Assembly (NCBI GenBank): GCA_013265495.1
Contig: MU058844.1
Location: 2,583,520-2,647,519 of the forward strand
DNA: 64,000 nucleotides
Direction: 5' to 3'
From: Vicugna vicugna
Taxonomy: Eukaryota
In this document: piece by piece, positions 10,867 through 23,314 of the stretch
How positions within the stretch are numbered: the stretch's first letter is position 1
How the letters are laid out: every line of letters begins with the position of its first letter
The notes under the pieces: generated by a model
The model's input: only the letters and a program-made list of their open reading frames with translations
What the model was told of the DNA's origin: nothing
Databases searched by the model: none
Translations under genes and position numbers: made by a program

Positions 10867-11640
10867 CATTGAGCATTTACTATGGACCAAAAAAATGTCT
10901 TAAGTGTGAAGGGGAGCAGAATTTACCACCCCCAAATATGCTTCTGTGGCACAAGAACTATTTTAGGCTGATTATTTTTAATAACATCAAACATAATAAA
11001 AGTTTTTGAAAGCTAGGTATAAATTACATTCTTGTAAGACACATTTGCATTTATAGGGAAATCTTCATTTGTAAAGATGCTTCCCTGTTTGTACCAAGAA
11101 GACAAGAATGACTCTAAATCTTAATGGAGAAAGCAATGAGTTAAATCTGCACAACAACTCTGCTTACTGTGCTTTTCCAGGTAATGTCTCATAACTGGCC
11201 TCTCCCCAGTCAACAGCTTCTTTTATCTTACCTGGAGATGTTATTTACAATGATAGCTTGGGTTGTTTGGGGAAGTTGCTCAGCTTTCCTGGTTATCTCC
11301 CATGTATATAGGAGGTATACATGTTATTAAACTTTTGTTTGTTTTTCTGCTGTTAATCTGTCTTTTTGATATACGGTTGTCTCAGTCAAGAATCTAGAAG
11401 GATAGAGGGGAAATTATTTTTCCTCCCTCACAAGTGTTTATGTGTGTAATCACAGTTAACCTTCATAATGACCTTCCAAGATAAGTACTATTATGATCCT
11501 TATTTTACAGATACGGATAAGAAAGGACAGAAGGTGAAGTAAAATGCTTAAATTTACATAGCTGGTAAATGGTGAAGAACTCAAAGCCAGATTGCCTGGC
11601 TCAGAAACCTCAGTGGTTGACTGCCACACTACATTGCCCA
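10867..11640 (-). mobile_element. MIR SINE split by solo LTR
   Basis: 'cattgagcatttactatg...cttaagtg' continues after the LTR as 'tttatgtgtgtaatc...attttacagat...catagctggtaaatggtgaagaactcaaagccag'. Confidence 0.75.
10907..11432 (+). mobile_element. MER34-like ERV1 solo LTR (526 bp)
   Basis: Starts TGAAGGGGAGCAGAATTTACCACCCCCAAATATG (MER34-type start) and ends CCTCCCTCACA. Perfect 4-bp TSD AGTG (10903-10906 / 11433-11436). Confidence 0.88.
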
Positions 11641-12489
11641 TTACTCCTGTGTTCTTAGCCAGAATTCATACAGAAAAATTAACATTAAAAATAAATGCTT
11701 CAAATATAGCTGCCAAGCAGTTCTTCAGACCTTGTAGAAAGTGTAAACCCTGTGTTGTTTGCAGACATGAATGAAGCTCTTTATATATTAAGATTGATAT
11801 TTAAATAAACATTTTTGTCACTTTATATTTCCACATGAATATGAAATAGGCTCATCCTTGCTAGTGTTTAAAATAACGTTTCCTCTCTATATGCCTCTGG
11901 ACTAAAAAAAAAGAAAAAAAATGGTAATTTGTGTCTGGACGAGCTGTACTCTACCCAGGTGCTTTTTATGGTTGGGTTTCACATTAAGAAAACATTTGCC
12001 ATGGAAACATCTGGTAAACAGATTATACAAACAACACTTTACACAAGGGAATCTACTTAAATCAGTTGTTCTTTTTTAAAATGGGCCACTCTGTTCATGC
12101 CAACTGTATGCATTTAAAAGCTTATGAAGTTAAAAAAAAGCCTCATACTTAAGTAATCAGCTTTTCATCATTCTCAAGTATTTTATTTGCTAGCTGGTTA
12201 TATTCCATAGCTAAGGCCTTTCCTTTATCTTTAATCAATTCTTCCCTGAAATGAAGCATGGTTAGGAGTCCTCTTCTCATCTGCCATGAAAAATATAGTT
12301 AATACCAAGGAGAACCTGATAAATGGTAAGGAATGGGTCCAAGAAAGAAAAGGTCTATGTGGGCATACCTCAGTGTATAACTGAAGAGCAACATACAAAA
12401 ATAAAGTTAGGTCTAAAACAACGATTCTTAACTGAGTGTTAGTGTTAAGAAATGACCGTAGAGAAATCACATCTCCCTCTGATTTGTAA

Positions 12490-12975
12490 ATTTGGGAGGG
12501 ACCCAGTAAATGTGTATTTGAAAAGTTTCCCAGGTGATTTTAATACACTCCTTATGAAAAAAAGCGTTTCTATAAATCAATGTTTCTAATTGCTTAATGG
12601 TAAGAGTGGTCTGAGTCACATGTTAAAAATCCAGGTTGCCAGGACCTTCATCTGAAGATTCTGAATTAAGTAAATTTGGGGGTGTGGGAGGGTAGTTTAT
12701 TTTTTCTTTAGAATTTACTACAGTGTACAGTACAGTAAGATACATTGCAAGATTTTTATTGTCTTGTTAATCATTTCATACAAGAGTCCCCTCTGTGGAT
12801 TTCCAAACAAGGATTAGCATACTAAACGTTCTTAATAAAGTCTTGCTGGTAGCAAAGAAAATTTTTAACCATGTTTGACCTATGTATTTACCAAGAAACA
12901 CATATTTTCATCTGACCATCTCAGTATTTCTTGAGGAATTAATGTTCTCAAATTCATACTTTGGGAAGTCATTCT
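12490..12975. mobile_element. Cluster of degenerate hAT-Charlie MITE fragments (MER5-like and related)
   Basis: 'gtgtatttgaaaagtttcccaggtgattttaatacac', 'catgttaaaaatccagg...gattctgaattaagtaaatttgggg' and 'tcatactttgggaag' resemble MER5/Charlie motifs. Confidence 0.45.
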
Positions 12976-13482
12976 GGCTTATATTATGTATATAATCCTA
13001 CCTAACCAAAACTATAACCAGTACACTTAGTCCAATTGTACAAATAAAAAAATACATCCCATTTGGGTGAAGAATTGAAATATAAATTGTAATAAGATTG
13101 GCTTTTCTGAGCATTTGAATTACAAAAATATACTTTTTCCATGGAATTTTAGTCCCATATTGTCTCCAGGTGGTATGCACAACCTGCACAACTGTCTACA
13201 GTGACCTTATCAAGTGGAGTGAACTTGGTTTTTATTGAAATGGAAATGCCTAAAAAAAAAAATTTGCCCTCAGTCCCAACTTTGAAGGAATGTGATGTAA
13301 TATCACTGGTGTAGAGTAAAAGTCCATTATGGGTACAAGCAGAAGGCAAGTAATAATTGTAGGTATACTAAGTGTGAGTTCCTTTTGGGATGGGCCAGAG
13401 TAAAGCTCGAAGAAGAATATTTTAGATGTGAGCATGTTATGAGGACAGGCAGAAGTTCAGTTGTCAGTTTGGGTACACCAGG

Positions 13483-13987
13483 TGTGCAGAGATTGCTCGT
13501 CGCCTCAAATCCTTTTTAATTTTCTCTTCTACATGATAGAGCCCTTGATTTTTAGTCTAGTAAGTCTAGTAAATGGCCATCTGGAATAAATTCCGCATTT
13601 CCCAGACTCCTTTCCTTGGAGTTTTGGCTATAACACTAAGTGCTCGCCAAAGACACAAAAATAAAAACTGGTGTGCAAGTTCTGGGCAGTGTTCTTAAAA
13701 GAAAAAAGTACATCCTTCTTCTTTTTTTCCTTCTTCCTGCTTGGTAAAATGCAAATGAATGGCTTAACAAAGTGTGACTACTTTGGACAATGCAATGAAC
13801 TCAGGAATAGATGTCACATATACTAGGCTGAAAAAGAGCCTGGGTGCCTGGTATCATGGAGAAACATACCATCTGTCTGGACTATCTCCCTCCAGACAGT
13901 GTTATGAGAGAAAAATTAACTTTTATCTTACTTAACTCACTGTTATTTCGGTTTTTCTGTCACTTGCAACCGAACTTAATCTTAAAA
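13483..13987 (+). mobile_element. MaLR LTR (MLT1J-like)
   Basis: 'gcatttcccagactcctttcc' early, and 3' end 'gagagaaaaattaacttttatcttacttaactcactgttatttcggtttttctgtcacttgcaaccgaacttaatc', typical of MLT1J/K. Confidence 0.7.
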
Positions 13988-14733
13988 TAATTGATTCAAT
14001 ATGTGTGGTAGATGTATGAATTTCCAAGCCAATTTATTGTAATTTTTAAAGATTATCTATGTTGCTTCCTGCTTTCCATTAGCAGCACTAATTAGAACTT
14101 GATTTTGCTTCCATAATTCTGTCTAAATTTAAGAGTTTTTATGTGGTTTTAGATGCACTAATAGCTAAGTTTCAGGAAAAGACAAAATGTCGATCTGAGC
14201 AGCAATCTAAGTTTCATTAAGAATCTAAAACTCAGAAAAAGAAATCTACAATAGGAATATGACCTAACCTTTAAAACTGAGTGATAGGAAAGATTAAGAT
14301 ATTCCTATAGTAAGGTTTTTTCCAAGTTATTAGTTTATAAATTGAAATATAGCAAGAAGCAAGATCAATTCAACAGCCACATAACCGGAAGGAAACAGTA
14401 AGAAGAAATAATCACTTACAATGCAGTATAAGTTCTAGCATAGATTGAAATAAAATATATTAATAAATAATAAATTCTGGCAGAGAATTAAGCATATATT
14501 AATAAATATACCAGCAAGAAACATATAACAAATTAATGTGTTCATGTATTTTACAAACTGTATACAAATTTTCAAACTTGTCTACTAATACAGACCTCTA
14601 GTACAATTCATTTATCTTTAATTTCTATTGTTTATTCTTTAGGTATATCATATTCCATGTTAAATAAGCTGACAATTTTCACATAGTCTAATGGAGTATA
14701 CTATAAATTCTTGCTGAACAAATCTATTTGCCC

Positions 14734-14764
<31 letters not shown>

Positions 14765-14806
14765 TATATGTCTATATATCTACAAATATATATATATATA
14801 TTATAT
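14734..14806 (+). repeat. Compound (TA)n/(CA)n microsatellite
   Basis: Directly visible dinucleotide runs. Confidence 0.9.
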
Positions 14807-14824
14807 ACTTCAACATTTATGAGC

Positions 14825-15290
14825 TACTCATAAGACACCCCTTTGTATTTGGGGAATACTTTCTCCTTTACTTCATCCACACAGTTCTGTATCATGTTCT
14901 TCTGTGACCCTATTTCCCTGAACATAGCTAATTAAATTGGACACATTTCCTAAGATTTTTAGATTTGAGACCAGAGAACGTCAGTCATTTTCCCCCTGTT
15001 GACTGAAGCTGTGAATTGTAAAACACAGAGACTGCCAAAGATTGTATTTCTTTCCTGGTGAAGAAGGTAAGTTTGCAATGAGAGAAAATGATGCTAAATA
15101 TACCAAGAAAGTATAGTAAAAATTGAAAGAGAGAGAGAGAGAGAGTTTGCAGCATTCAATTTGTGGTTCCAACTCTTCCTGAGGTGCCAGATACATCACT
15201 ACCCTTCCTATGGTCTGACCATTTTAAAGCCTCTGTGGAATCAATGGACTAATCTATACTCCCTTGTGCTGAAGCTGCCTTGATTGTCCT
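14825..15290 (+). mobile_element. Old ERVL-type LTR fragment (LTR33/LTR16-like)
   Basis: 'ttgtggttccaactcttcctgaggtgccagatacatcactaccctt...cccttgtgctgaagctgccttgattg' resembles old ERVL LTR 3' halves; low certainty. Confidence 0.4.
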
Positions 15291-15299
15291 TGACTCATT

Positions 15300-15670
15300 C
15301 CAAACAGGCTACATCATGGTCTGGTAACAAACAACTCCCAATTGTAATGACTTGAACAAAAAAGATTTATTTCTCTCCTATATTACATGACAAATCAGAG
15401 ATTGGCAGGGAGAGCCCTGCTTATCATAGCCATTTGGGAGCTCAAGTAAATGATATAGCCAGTTGTCATGCCAGAGGGAAGAGAGAGAGAGCTTTAGAGG
15501 GTCTCACAGCAAATAAATGCCTTAAATCCAAGCCAGAAAGTGACACACATCATTTCAATTCCCAACTCTGTCCAAAACTGGTAACATGACTCCAACCATC
15601 CACAAGAAGCCAGGGAGTCTAATCTGGCCATGCGCACAGAGATGGGGGAGAATGGGAAATAATATATTAG
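15300..15670 (-). mobile_element. MaLR LTR (MLT1K/L-like)
   Basis: 'gtaacaaacaactccccaattgtaatgacttgaacaaaaagatttatttctctc' and 'ccagaaagtgacacacatcatttc...aactggtaacatgactcc' are antisense MLT1 hallmarks. Confidence 0.65.
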
Positions 15671-16699
15671 CAACCAAACTCATAATTAATATAGCAGCAA
15701 AGGTTTTCTTCTGCCTAGGCAAATCAAAGAAAGGGTTGAGGTGTTTGGAATGTGTTGCAACAGTCATATGTGGTTGAGGGTTTTATCATAATTCTAAATT
15801 TGTTTGCTGTGCGGCTAGAACTTTGCATTTCTTATAGGTCCCTATATTCACTTAGAATTACAGAAAAGTGGGGCAGGTTTCTTGGAGGTGCTAAAGTAGC
15901 AACAGAAAATGCAGTAGAAAGACTCCTCTGGTTGGAACTTCTGAAGAAACCTGACTCTGTCTGGACACTAATGATATTTTCCTTGTCCAGGTTTAACTAA
16001 AGAATGGAAGGAGACACCCAAAATAAAATCTTGATATAGCAGGTGTTGACTGGTGTGATAGCTTTCCGATGTCATCAAGAACAAGGCCCTTCTGTCATCC
16101 TGCTCAATCATCCTTTAGCTTTAGGCATTGCATCATTTCACATGCAGGAATATGGGCCAAAGAGGCTGTATCAGCTGAGTTTGCCTTTTTAAAAATCTTT
16201 CATGGAAGTTCCTTCCAGCAGATGTCACTTAAACGTTTCATTGGCCTAAACTTTGCCACAAGGGAACTTGAGAACAGAAAATTGTAGCTTTCCAGCCTCT
16301 GAAAATATAAATCACTTTATCATCCTCAAGCGTCTGTATGTAAATATTAGAAATTTACATACTTATTGGGAACAAGGGAGGGTAAGAACATTTTGTTTGA
16401 AAATACAATTTATCTGTGGTGGAAAAAGACATGAAGGTCTTCAAAGAAAATAGATTTGTAGTATTGACATTTTAGTATTGCAATATTGAATCATATATTT
16501 GGTAATTTACAAATTTTACTAAATTGATTCCATTATTGGGGCACAGAGGTATTAAAAACAAGTAAAATTTGGGATGGAAAATAAAACACAAGGGATAATT
16601 TCTTGGCTTAGTAAGTTTTATAATTTTGAAGAAAATTGACAACATTTTATTGGCTTCTCAGTAATATCAAAGAGATACTAGTGAAATGCCTTTAGTGAT

Positions 16700-17088
16700 T
16701 AGACTGTGTTATTTCTTCACAGTTCTTCCTTCCTTCTCCAACCTTGTTCTGGCTGACTGGGTGATGTATGCCGCTCTGCCCATTGCCCTGAGCTTAGACA
16801 TGTGGGAAAGGATCATATGCTGGTTCCATTTAGAGCCAGCAATGGTATCATGTGTTTTTGCTGGTCACTCTTTGCTTCTACCATCTAATATAAGAACATC
16901 ATGCCCAAACAGTGGGTATTCTTTTAGCCTGGGTCCCAAAATGTAAGACACGTGGACAAAAACCAAACCAAGCCCAGACATGTTCAGCCAAGCCCTGCTG
17001 AGCTACATCTCAGGTGCAGTCTCATATTCCCATATTGCAATCTTCTAAGATTTAGAAGTTATTTAATGCCACAGAAACAGCTGACTAC
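16700..17088 (+). mobile_element. MaLR LTR (old MLT1 subfamily)
   Basis: 'ttttagcctgggtcccaaaatgtaagacacgtgga' and terminal 'ctaagatttagaagttatttaatgccacagaaacagctgactacta'. Confidence 0.6.
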
Positions 17089-17180
17089 TAGACTTCCCAT
17101 TTCACAAGTATCAGTGGAATCACAGAAGCAGTTGATAGGATTGGAAAAGTGACCCCCAAACATTTATGTAGTGCTTTTCT

Positions 17181-17227
17181 TTTTTTAATATGTTTTAATT
17201 GAATTATAGTCATTTTACAATGTTGTA
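17181..17227 (-). mobile_element. 47-bp L1 3'-terminal insertion with 16-bp TSD
   Basis: Reverse complement tacaacattgtaaaatgactataattcaattaaaacatattaaaaaa matches the L1 end at ~43426-43470. Perfect TSD TATGTAGTGCTTTTCT at 17165-17180 and 17228-17243. Confidence 0.92.
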
Positions 17228-18834
17228 TATGTAGTGCTTTTCTAATACGCAACTGATCTCTTGAAAGGGACAACATCATCCCTGAATAATTATAAATTGA
17301 ATTACAAGCCTAGATGGTAAAGGTACTGAGATACCAGAAGACAAGAACAGTCTATATGAAAGTATAGGCTTTATAATCTGATATCAAGAAATATCAAGGC
17401 TTCCCTTCCACCCATTTTATCTTCAAAGAAAGAATTCTGACACAAGGCATAGGCAAAATGGAGATTCACTAAAGAGCTGATCAGACAAGTATTTGGACCC
17501 AAGGCTGTAGCTAGTTATAATGAGTATATATTTACCTTTATTAAATTAGAGTATTTCTTTGGATATATCAATTAAAGGTATGTCATAAATGGCAGGTATT
17601 ATAGGATTCTGACCATATAGTTTTAGGTACAACCAAAATAACTGTATGAGCTGGTGTCAATGTTATAATTTCTACCAAATAAATTACTACCAAATGACAA
17701 TCATCTCATACTCAGTTTAGGCACAAATACAGTGAGATACACATGGCTGGCCTCCTGGCTATAAGACACATGCCATGTATGCTCCAGGAGGAGAGGACTT
17801 AGACCTAACTGCTTCACCATTGGGTATAAAGTGCTCATCAGAGTGCCTGCCTCCTCATGGCTCCTCAATAAATCAGTACAAAGTAGATTAGCATTTAATA
17901 TGGATAACATCATAGTATGGTGCCAGGCACATAGGAAGTACTCAGTACATGACAGTGTTGAGTTCATGATTTTCATCCTTATTATAAAGTTAATGATGTT
18001 TAGGAGAAGGATTTATATAGAATATTTCTATTCATCTACTAATTGAGGGAAAAACCTGAGTCTTTCTTCTTTGAGTCAACATATTTACTTAGCACCACAG
18101 TAGACCCAGTAGAGTTAGGTAGTACAGATAATTCAGTTAACTTGTAGAGTTAACCATAACCCACATTATACTGAATTTAAATGCAGTCTTTTTATGGGAG
18201 TAGATAAGTATAATTTATTAAAGACAATTATAATTTTATGTACATTCTTTCAACTTTTGTTTAACACAGGCAGCCATGACCATTCTTAAATCTCAAAGGA
18301 CAAAGTTTAAGATTTCATAAATATTTTTTCTTTACCTAATACCAAAACATTTTGATGAGGGCTCATAATTTAGTATTAAGCTTAAACTTAAATAATTTGA
18401 CCCAAGAAGACCTTCCTTTCCTCTGGTTAGTCACCCTGTTCTTTTGCTATTGTTGATAAACATCAGATGATGGAAAACAGGAACATAGATTCTGTATCCC
18501 TTATTCTTATGTGACCACAGAAGCAATGCCTTAACTTTTCAGTTTACCTCACTTAAGAAAATAATGCTGCTGTTTGAGCTAAATTCTAAGGAAGAAATTA
18601 CATTACTTCATACATCCAAAACATCATGAATTTTTTGAAAAATTGCCATATAAACCACTAAGAAATTTAAAGTTATTTCTAATGAAACTACGATGTGCCA
18701 CCAATTGTCAACACAAATCACAATTTGTGTTCAAATGTGAAATTCAGATCTGAAAATTATATTTCACTAATTTGGAAAAAGCAATTTAACCTGAACACAG
18801 TTAAAATATCCTCGCTGTTGTGAAAGTTTTTGAG

Positions 18835-19045
18835 GAAAAGTAAATTTAGTCATCAGACACACTTGGATTCAAATTCTTAACCTGTTTTCTTGTTAGTAGT
18901 ATAACTCCCTGTGTCTCAAGTTTTTAGTGAGCCTCAGATTTTCTTTTCTACAAAATGGATATAATTTCAACCTATATTCTATGGTTGGCCTGAAAATTGA
19001 ATGAAATTATATATGAAAGCATCAAGCACAATACATGGCATAGTT
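18835..19045 (+). mobile_element. MIR SINE
   Basis: 'tcagacacacttggattcaaattc...gagcctcagattttcttttctacaaaatggatataat...aatgaaattatatatgaaagcatc...atggcatag'. Confidence 0.75.
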
Positions 19046-20496
19046 CATCCCTTTCTATTACGTGAAAGCTAAAATGAGATGCAGAGTAGAGGTCAGGTGA
19101 CAATTAATAATTAAGAGGGAATATAGACCAGGACCCAGCTGACCTGGCTCTTCCTTGTTCCTGGGCTAGTATTTCATCAACACATTTGTCATTATCTCCT
19201 AATATTTATGGGTGCTTCCTGTGCCATGCATGTATTCTCCATTAGTTTTCCTTAACTTTACTATTATTTAATACACTTTCTTTTCTATCTTTTTTCCCTC
19301 AGATCTGGACTATACAGGCTTGTTTGCTTCACAAAATTTCTGTTTCATTCCCTCAGAGCTTGGTGATATTTATACAGCATCTGCTCGAATTTGCTTTCTT
19401 ACCCAGTGACTGTATTTTACCTGTGCTGTTATGAATTTCCTCCAAAGCAGTGGTAAGGTTAAATTCTCTAGGAATTGTCATTTCTGCTACATATGTTTTA
19501 GGTAGATGACAACTTCAGTATCTTTGGTGATAAGTATCTTTTAATTCTCATAAAATCATATATTTTTTAGTAGACTGGATTTTATTAGGTAATCAATGTC
19601 ATAAGTAATTATTGGCCACCAAATCCCTTTACTCAATTGATAAGAAAACTGAAATTCAAAATTTTGTGACTTGTCAAATATTATATAGATATGTGGCTGA
19701 TCTCTCATGCCTCTAAAACTAAATAAGAAGGATATCAAAATACGAAAAGGACAAAGAATAAGTAGTCTTAACATGCAGGGCTGGAATCAGTAACAAAAAC
19801 TAATGCATCCTAAAGCATTTCTACACAGATTTTTTAAAGGTGACTTCCTGGGATAATAGAAAGTGCATCATTTTTAGGAGGCAGTGTAAGGGGAAGACAT
19901 GTATTGGAAAACATGAAACCTGAATTCTTTCTATAGTGCAATTTTAATCCGTTTATAGGCAGCAACAGCTCTTTACTCACACAAACAATTTCTGCCACAG
20001 AATCTACCAAAGCATGCACACACCCATTTGGATTTTCTTTCCCCAATTCCCAAAGAATTCTCTTTGAGACTACCACAAACCAATTAATGATGAGGGTAAG
20101 TCAGCAGTTTAAAACTCTAAATTCATTTAGACACTTTTCAAGTAATATTTTTCATATAAAAATTAGATTAAAAACCACATTTTACAATATCAAGCTAAGT
20201 CCAGAATTCGTAGAAATAATTGTAAAAATAATTCAACAAATTCCAGATAGGAGTAAAGGAAGAAATTGCAAAAGAATCCCAAAGACTGGATGACTAAAAG
20301 AAGCCAAGGCCCATAGAATTATTAGCTTAGAACAATTTGTTGCTCAAAACCCATTACTAAACATTTGTCCAAATGCAGTGAGTTAGTTCTAAACGTTTGT
20401 TTATAGAGGGACGTTTTATATAATCTTTGGCACATATTTTTTGTTGAATTTTGATTTCTTTATGTAGCAGTGTTCCTGAAATGCAGAGCACATATA

Positions 20497-20980
20497 TGTA
20501 TGGTCCCCAACTTCCGATGTTTGACTTATGATTTTTCAACTTTAAGATGGTGTGGAAATAATATGCACTCAGTAGAAACCATACTTTGAATTTTGATCTT
20601 TTCCTGAGCTAGCAATATGTGATACGATACTCTCCTGATGCCGAGCAGCAAGCCACAACTCCCAGTCAGCCATGTGGTCATGAGAGTAAACAACCAATAC
20701 ACTTACAGCTATTCTGTACTCATACCACCATTCTGTTTTCACTTTCAGTATAGTATTCAATTGCATGAGCTATTCAACACTTCATTATAAAACAGGCTAT
20801 GTGTTAGATGATTTTGCCCAAATGTAGGCTAAGGCAAGGCTGAGCACATGTAAGACAGGCTAGGCTAAGCTACAATGTTCAGTAGATTAGGTGCAGTAAA
20901 TGCATTTTCTTATGCTTATGGTATTTTCACTTATGATGGGTTTATTGGGACATAACCCCATAAAAATAGAGAAAGACATG
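20497..20980 (-). mobile_element. TcMar-Tigger MITE (Tigger5/MER47 family)
   Basis: 'ggtccccaacttccgatgtttgacttatgatttttcaacttt...ggctaggctaagctacaatgttcagtagattaggtg...gggtttattgggacataacccca' follows the Tigger5/MER47 consensus; TA flanks. Confidence 0.8.
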
Positions 20981-21902
20981 TATTTTTTGTGATTGTTATA
21001 GAGAATTATCATTTTAAATTTGTCTTTCCTCTTGTGCCAAGAGATCAAGAAGACAAGTTAATTCAGAGCAGTTTCCTTTGCTTGAAGAGAAAGAATGCCA
21101 TTGGTTCTAACATATAATGTTAGCATCCCTGTTCTAGAAAAAGATTATAATAAAACAGTGTTTTGGCTTCACAGTGGGACACCCATGTTTTATCAAGTGG
21201 TATGCAAGACTAAAACTGTGGAAAAGATAATAAGCAAAACTGCAAAGGGATGAAAGGAACTCTTAAAAATCAAAGAAAAGAAAAGAACATTCTTGCTTTT
21301 GCGAATGAGGGTTATTATTATTATTTCTGATGGATTGAGATTGGTCCTGGAAAAAAGTTATCTAGAAGAAACTGAAACAAACAAACATAAAAACAAAAGA
21401 CAAGTCCACAAAGGAAGTATAGAGCCTAGATTTGCAAACATCAGAGACGGTTTAATTTAAATAATGGGCAACTGAATAGCTAAATCCGCACAACTTTATT
21501 GACAGGGTCATCATAGTATTGTGAATTTGCTAAGGGAAAAGACTGTGAGTGACTGTAAATAAAGAGCCAAGAGCTTATGAATCCAGGCCTGCCTTGGCTG
21601 AAATGAGCTGGAGGACAGGGTATCTCCTCCTCCACTGCCTATAGTTAAGACATAAGGCCTTCCCAGCATGGCGGCAATAATGTCATCACTGAAGCAATGC
21701 ATGGAACAGAATTGGAACATGTTCATTTGATGACAAATACAGGTTCTCTAGTACTTTGTAATGAGTACTTGGCACCAGAACAGACACTTTGGACCAAACA
21801 AGTGCTACAGACATGAGTACTGTGTCATAGAGCTCAGATGAGTTCTCACCAATAGGAAGTTTGACACAATAATGGGGGAAGGGGTAAGGTGGGACTTACC
21901 AT

Positions 21903-21916
21903 ACACACACACCCAT

Positions 21917-21950
<34 letters not shown>
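21903..21950 (+). repeat. Imperfect (CA)n microsatellite
   Basis: Directly visible; explains the HTHTHT / VCVCVC ORFs. Confidence 0.95.
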
Positions 21951-22559
21951 TGATATATGTGTGGAATCTGCTTCACACTCCAGTGGCAATGATGACGACA
22001 GTAATGAGTATAGAATCACTTTGGATTGACCAGATAACTGCTGCTTACAGCATTTGGGGAACATACCAGAGTGGTGGCTGATTCTGTAGCAACCAACTTC
22101 CAGCAGTGCTTGTAGCATCTTCTAGCTTCCATATGAGTTCTAGCTCCATTCATGAGGCTGAGTGATGAGCATATAATGATGTGAATAAATATCCTGGAGG
22201 TCTCAGATTATTACAGAAGTGCTGACCCACTAAAGGAGAGAAAGATAAAGGAGGGTTAAATTAGTTTTGATTTTAATAATAATAATGATAATCTACAATC
22301 TAGAGAATTGGGTCTTATTAATTGCATATTAAATAAGAATGAAAGCACTTCATTATGAGTGGAATGAAAAACACAAGTAGAGGTAGTATAAATTAATGGG
22401 GGAGAAAGTCTGTGAAGTTGTGGGAATTCACATCTAATATTCATCTAATATTTATCTAATGATGATCAACTTTCAAGGAGTCAATGTTGATTCCCAGAAT
22501 TACTACTTTTCAGCAAGTTTCAGTCTTGGGGGGGGGAATCTAATATTAATAAAGCCTTT

Positions 22560-23314
22560 GTGGAGGCAAACTTTTCCTGCTGTCAGGGAGGAAGAAACTT
22601 TACTCCTCCCTTCTAGGTTCTTCTGGCTAAATTAAATTTATTGAAGACAGATTAACAGGAGAAAAACCAAACAGAAGTTTAATAACCCATATACATGAGA
22701 GAGACCCAGGAAAACTGAGTAACTGGCCAAAATGGCTAAAACCCTCACCTTAAATAGTATCTTCAAATAAAGGCATAAGAGGATATTGTAAGCAGTGGTG
22801 TGGGACTTCAAAGCGGAGGAAGGCAATTCACAGGAAGTTGGAAAAGCAAATGTTTGTTAAACAGATGTGTGCTGGGCCATGCAGACCCTGCTAGGTTTCT
22901 CCCTGTCTACCACACCAGGTTAACACTACAATATCTGTGGTGATGCTCCTTTTCTGGAACAGGTCCTCTATCTATATATTCTTTAGGCAGCTAAGGGGGA
23001 GATAAAAAGAAAGACTTCCTGAATCTTCTGTTCCTTAAAAATAATCAGCCTAAATTAATCCCCATGCCAAGGAGACATTTAGGGGTGGCAAGGTTTGCTT
23101 CCCTACACTGCAAAAGTCAGACAATAAATATTTTAGGCTTTGTGGGCCAAAAAAACTTCTGTTGCTGTCAAATTCAGCCATTTGAGCTTGAAAGTCACCA
23201 TGGACACTACATAAATGAATAAGAATGGCTATGTTTTAATGAAACTTTATTTACAAAAGCAAGAAGCAGCTGGATTCAGCATTCCATGTGAGGGCCATAG
23301 TTTGTGGACTCTTG
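22560..23314. mobile_element. MER58A-like hAT-Charlie MITE split by solo LTR
   Basis: 'ggcaaacttttcctgc' | LTR | 'aaaagtcagacaataaatattttaggctttgtgggcca...aaactttatttacaaaagc...gggccatagtttgtggactcttg' reconstitutes a MER58A-type element. Confidence 0.82.
22581..23107 (-). mobile_element. MER34-like ERV1 solo LTR (527 bp), antisense
   Basis: TG...CA termini; right end 'ggggtggcaaggtttgcttccctaca' is the reverse complement of the MER34-type start. Perfect 4-bp TSD CTGC (22577-22580 / 23108-23111). Confidence 0.88.

Noticed and set aside
10907..23107. The two MER34-like LTRs as ends of one 12-kb provirus
   Set aside because: They are in opposite orientation, each has its own TSD, and there is no retroviral internal sequence between them.
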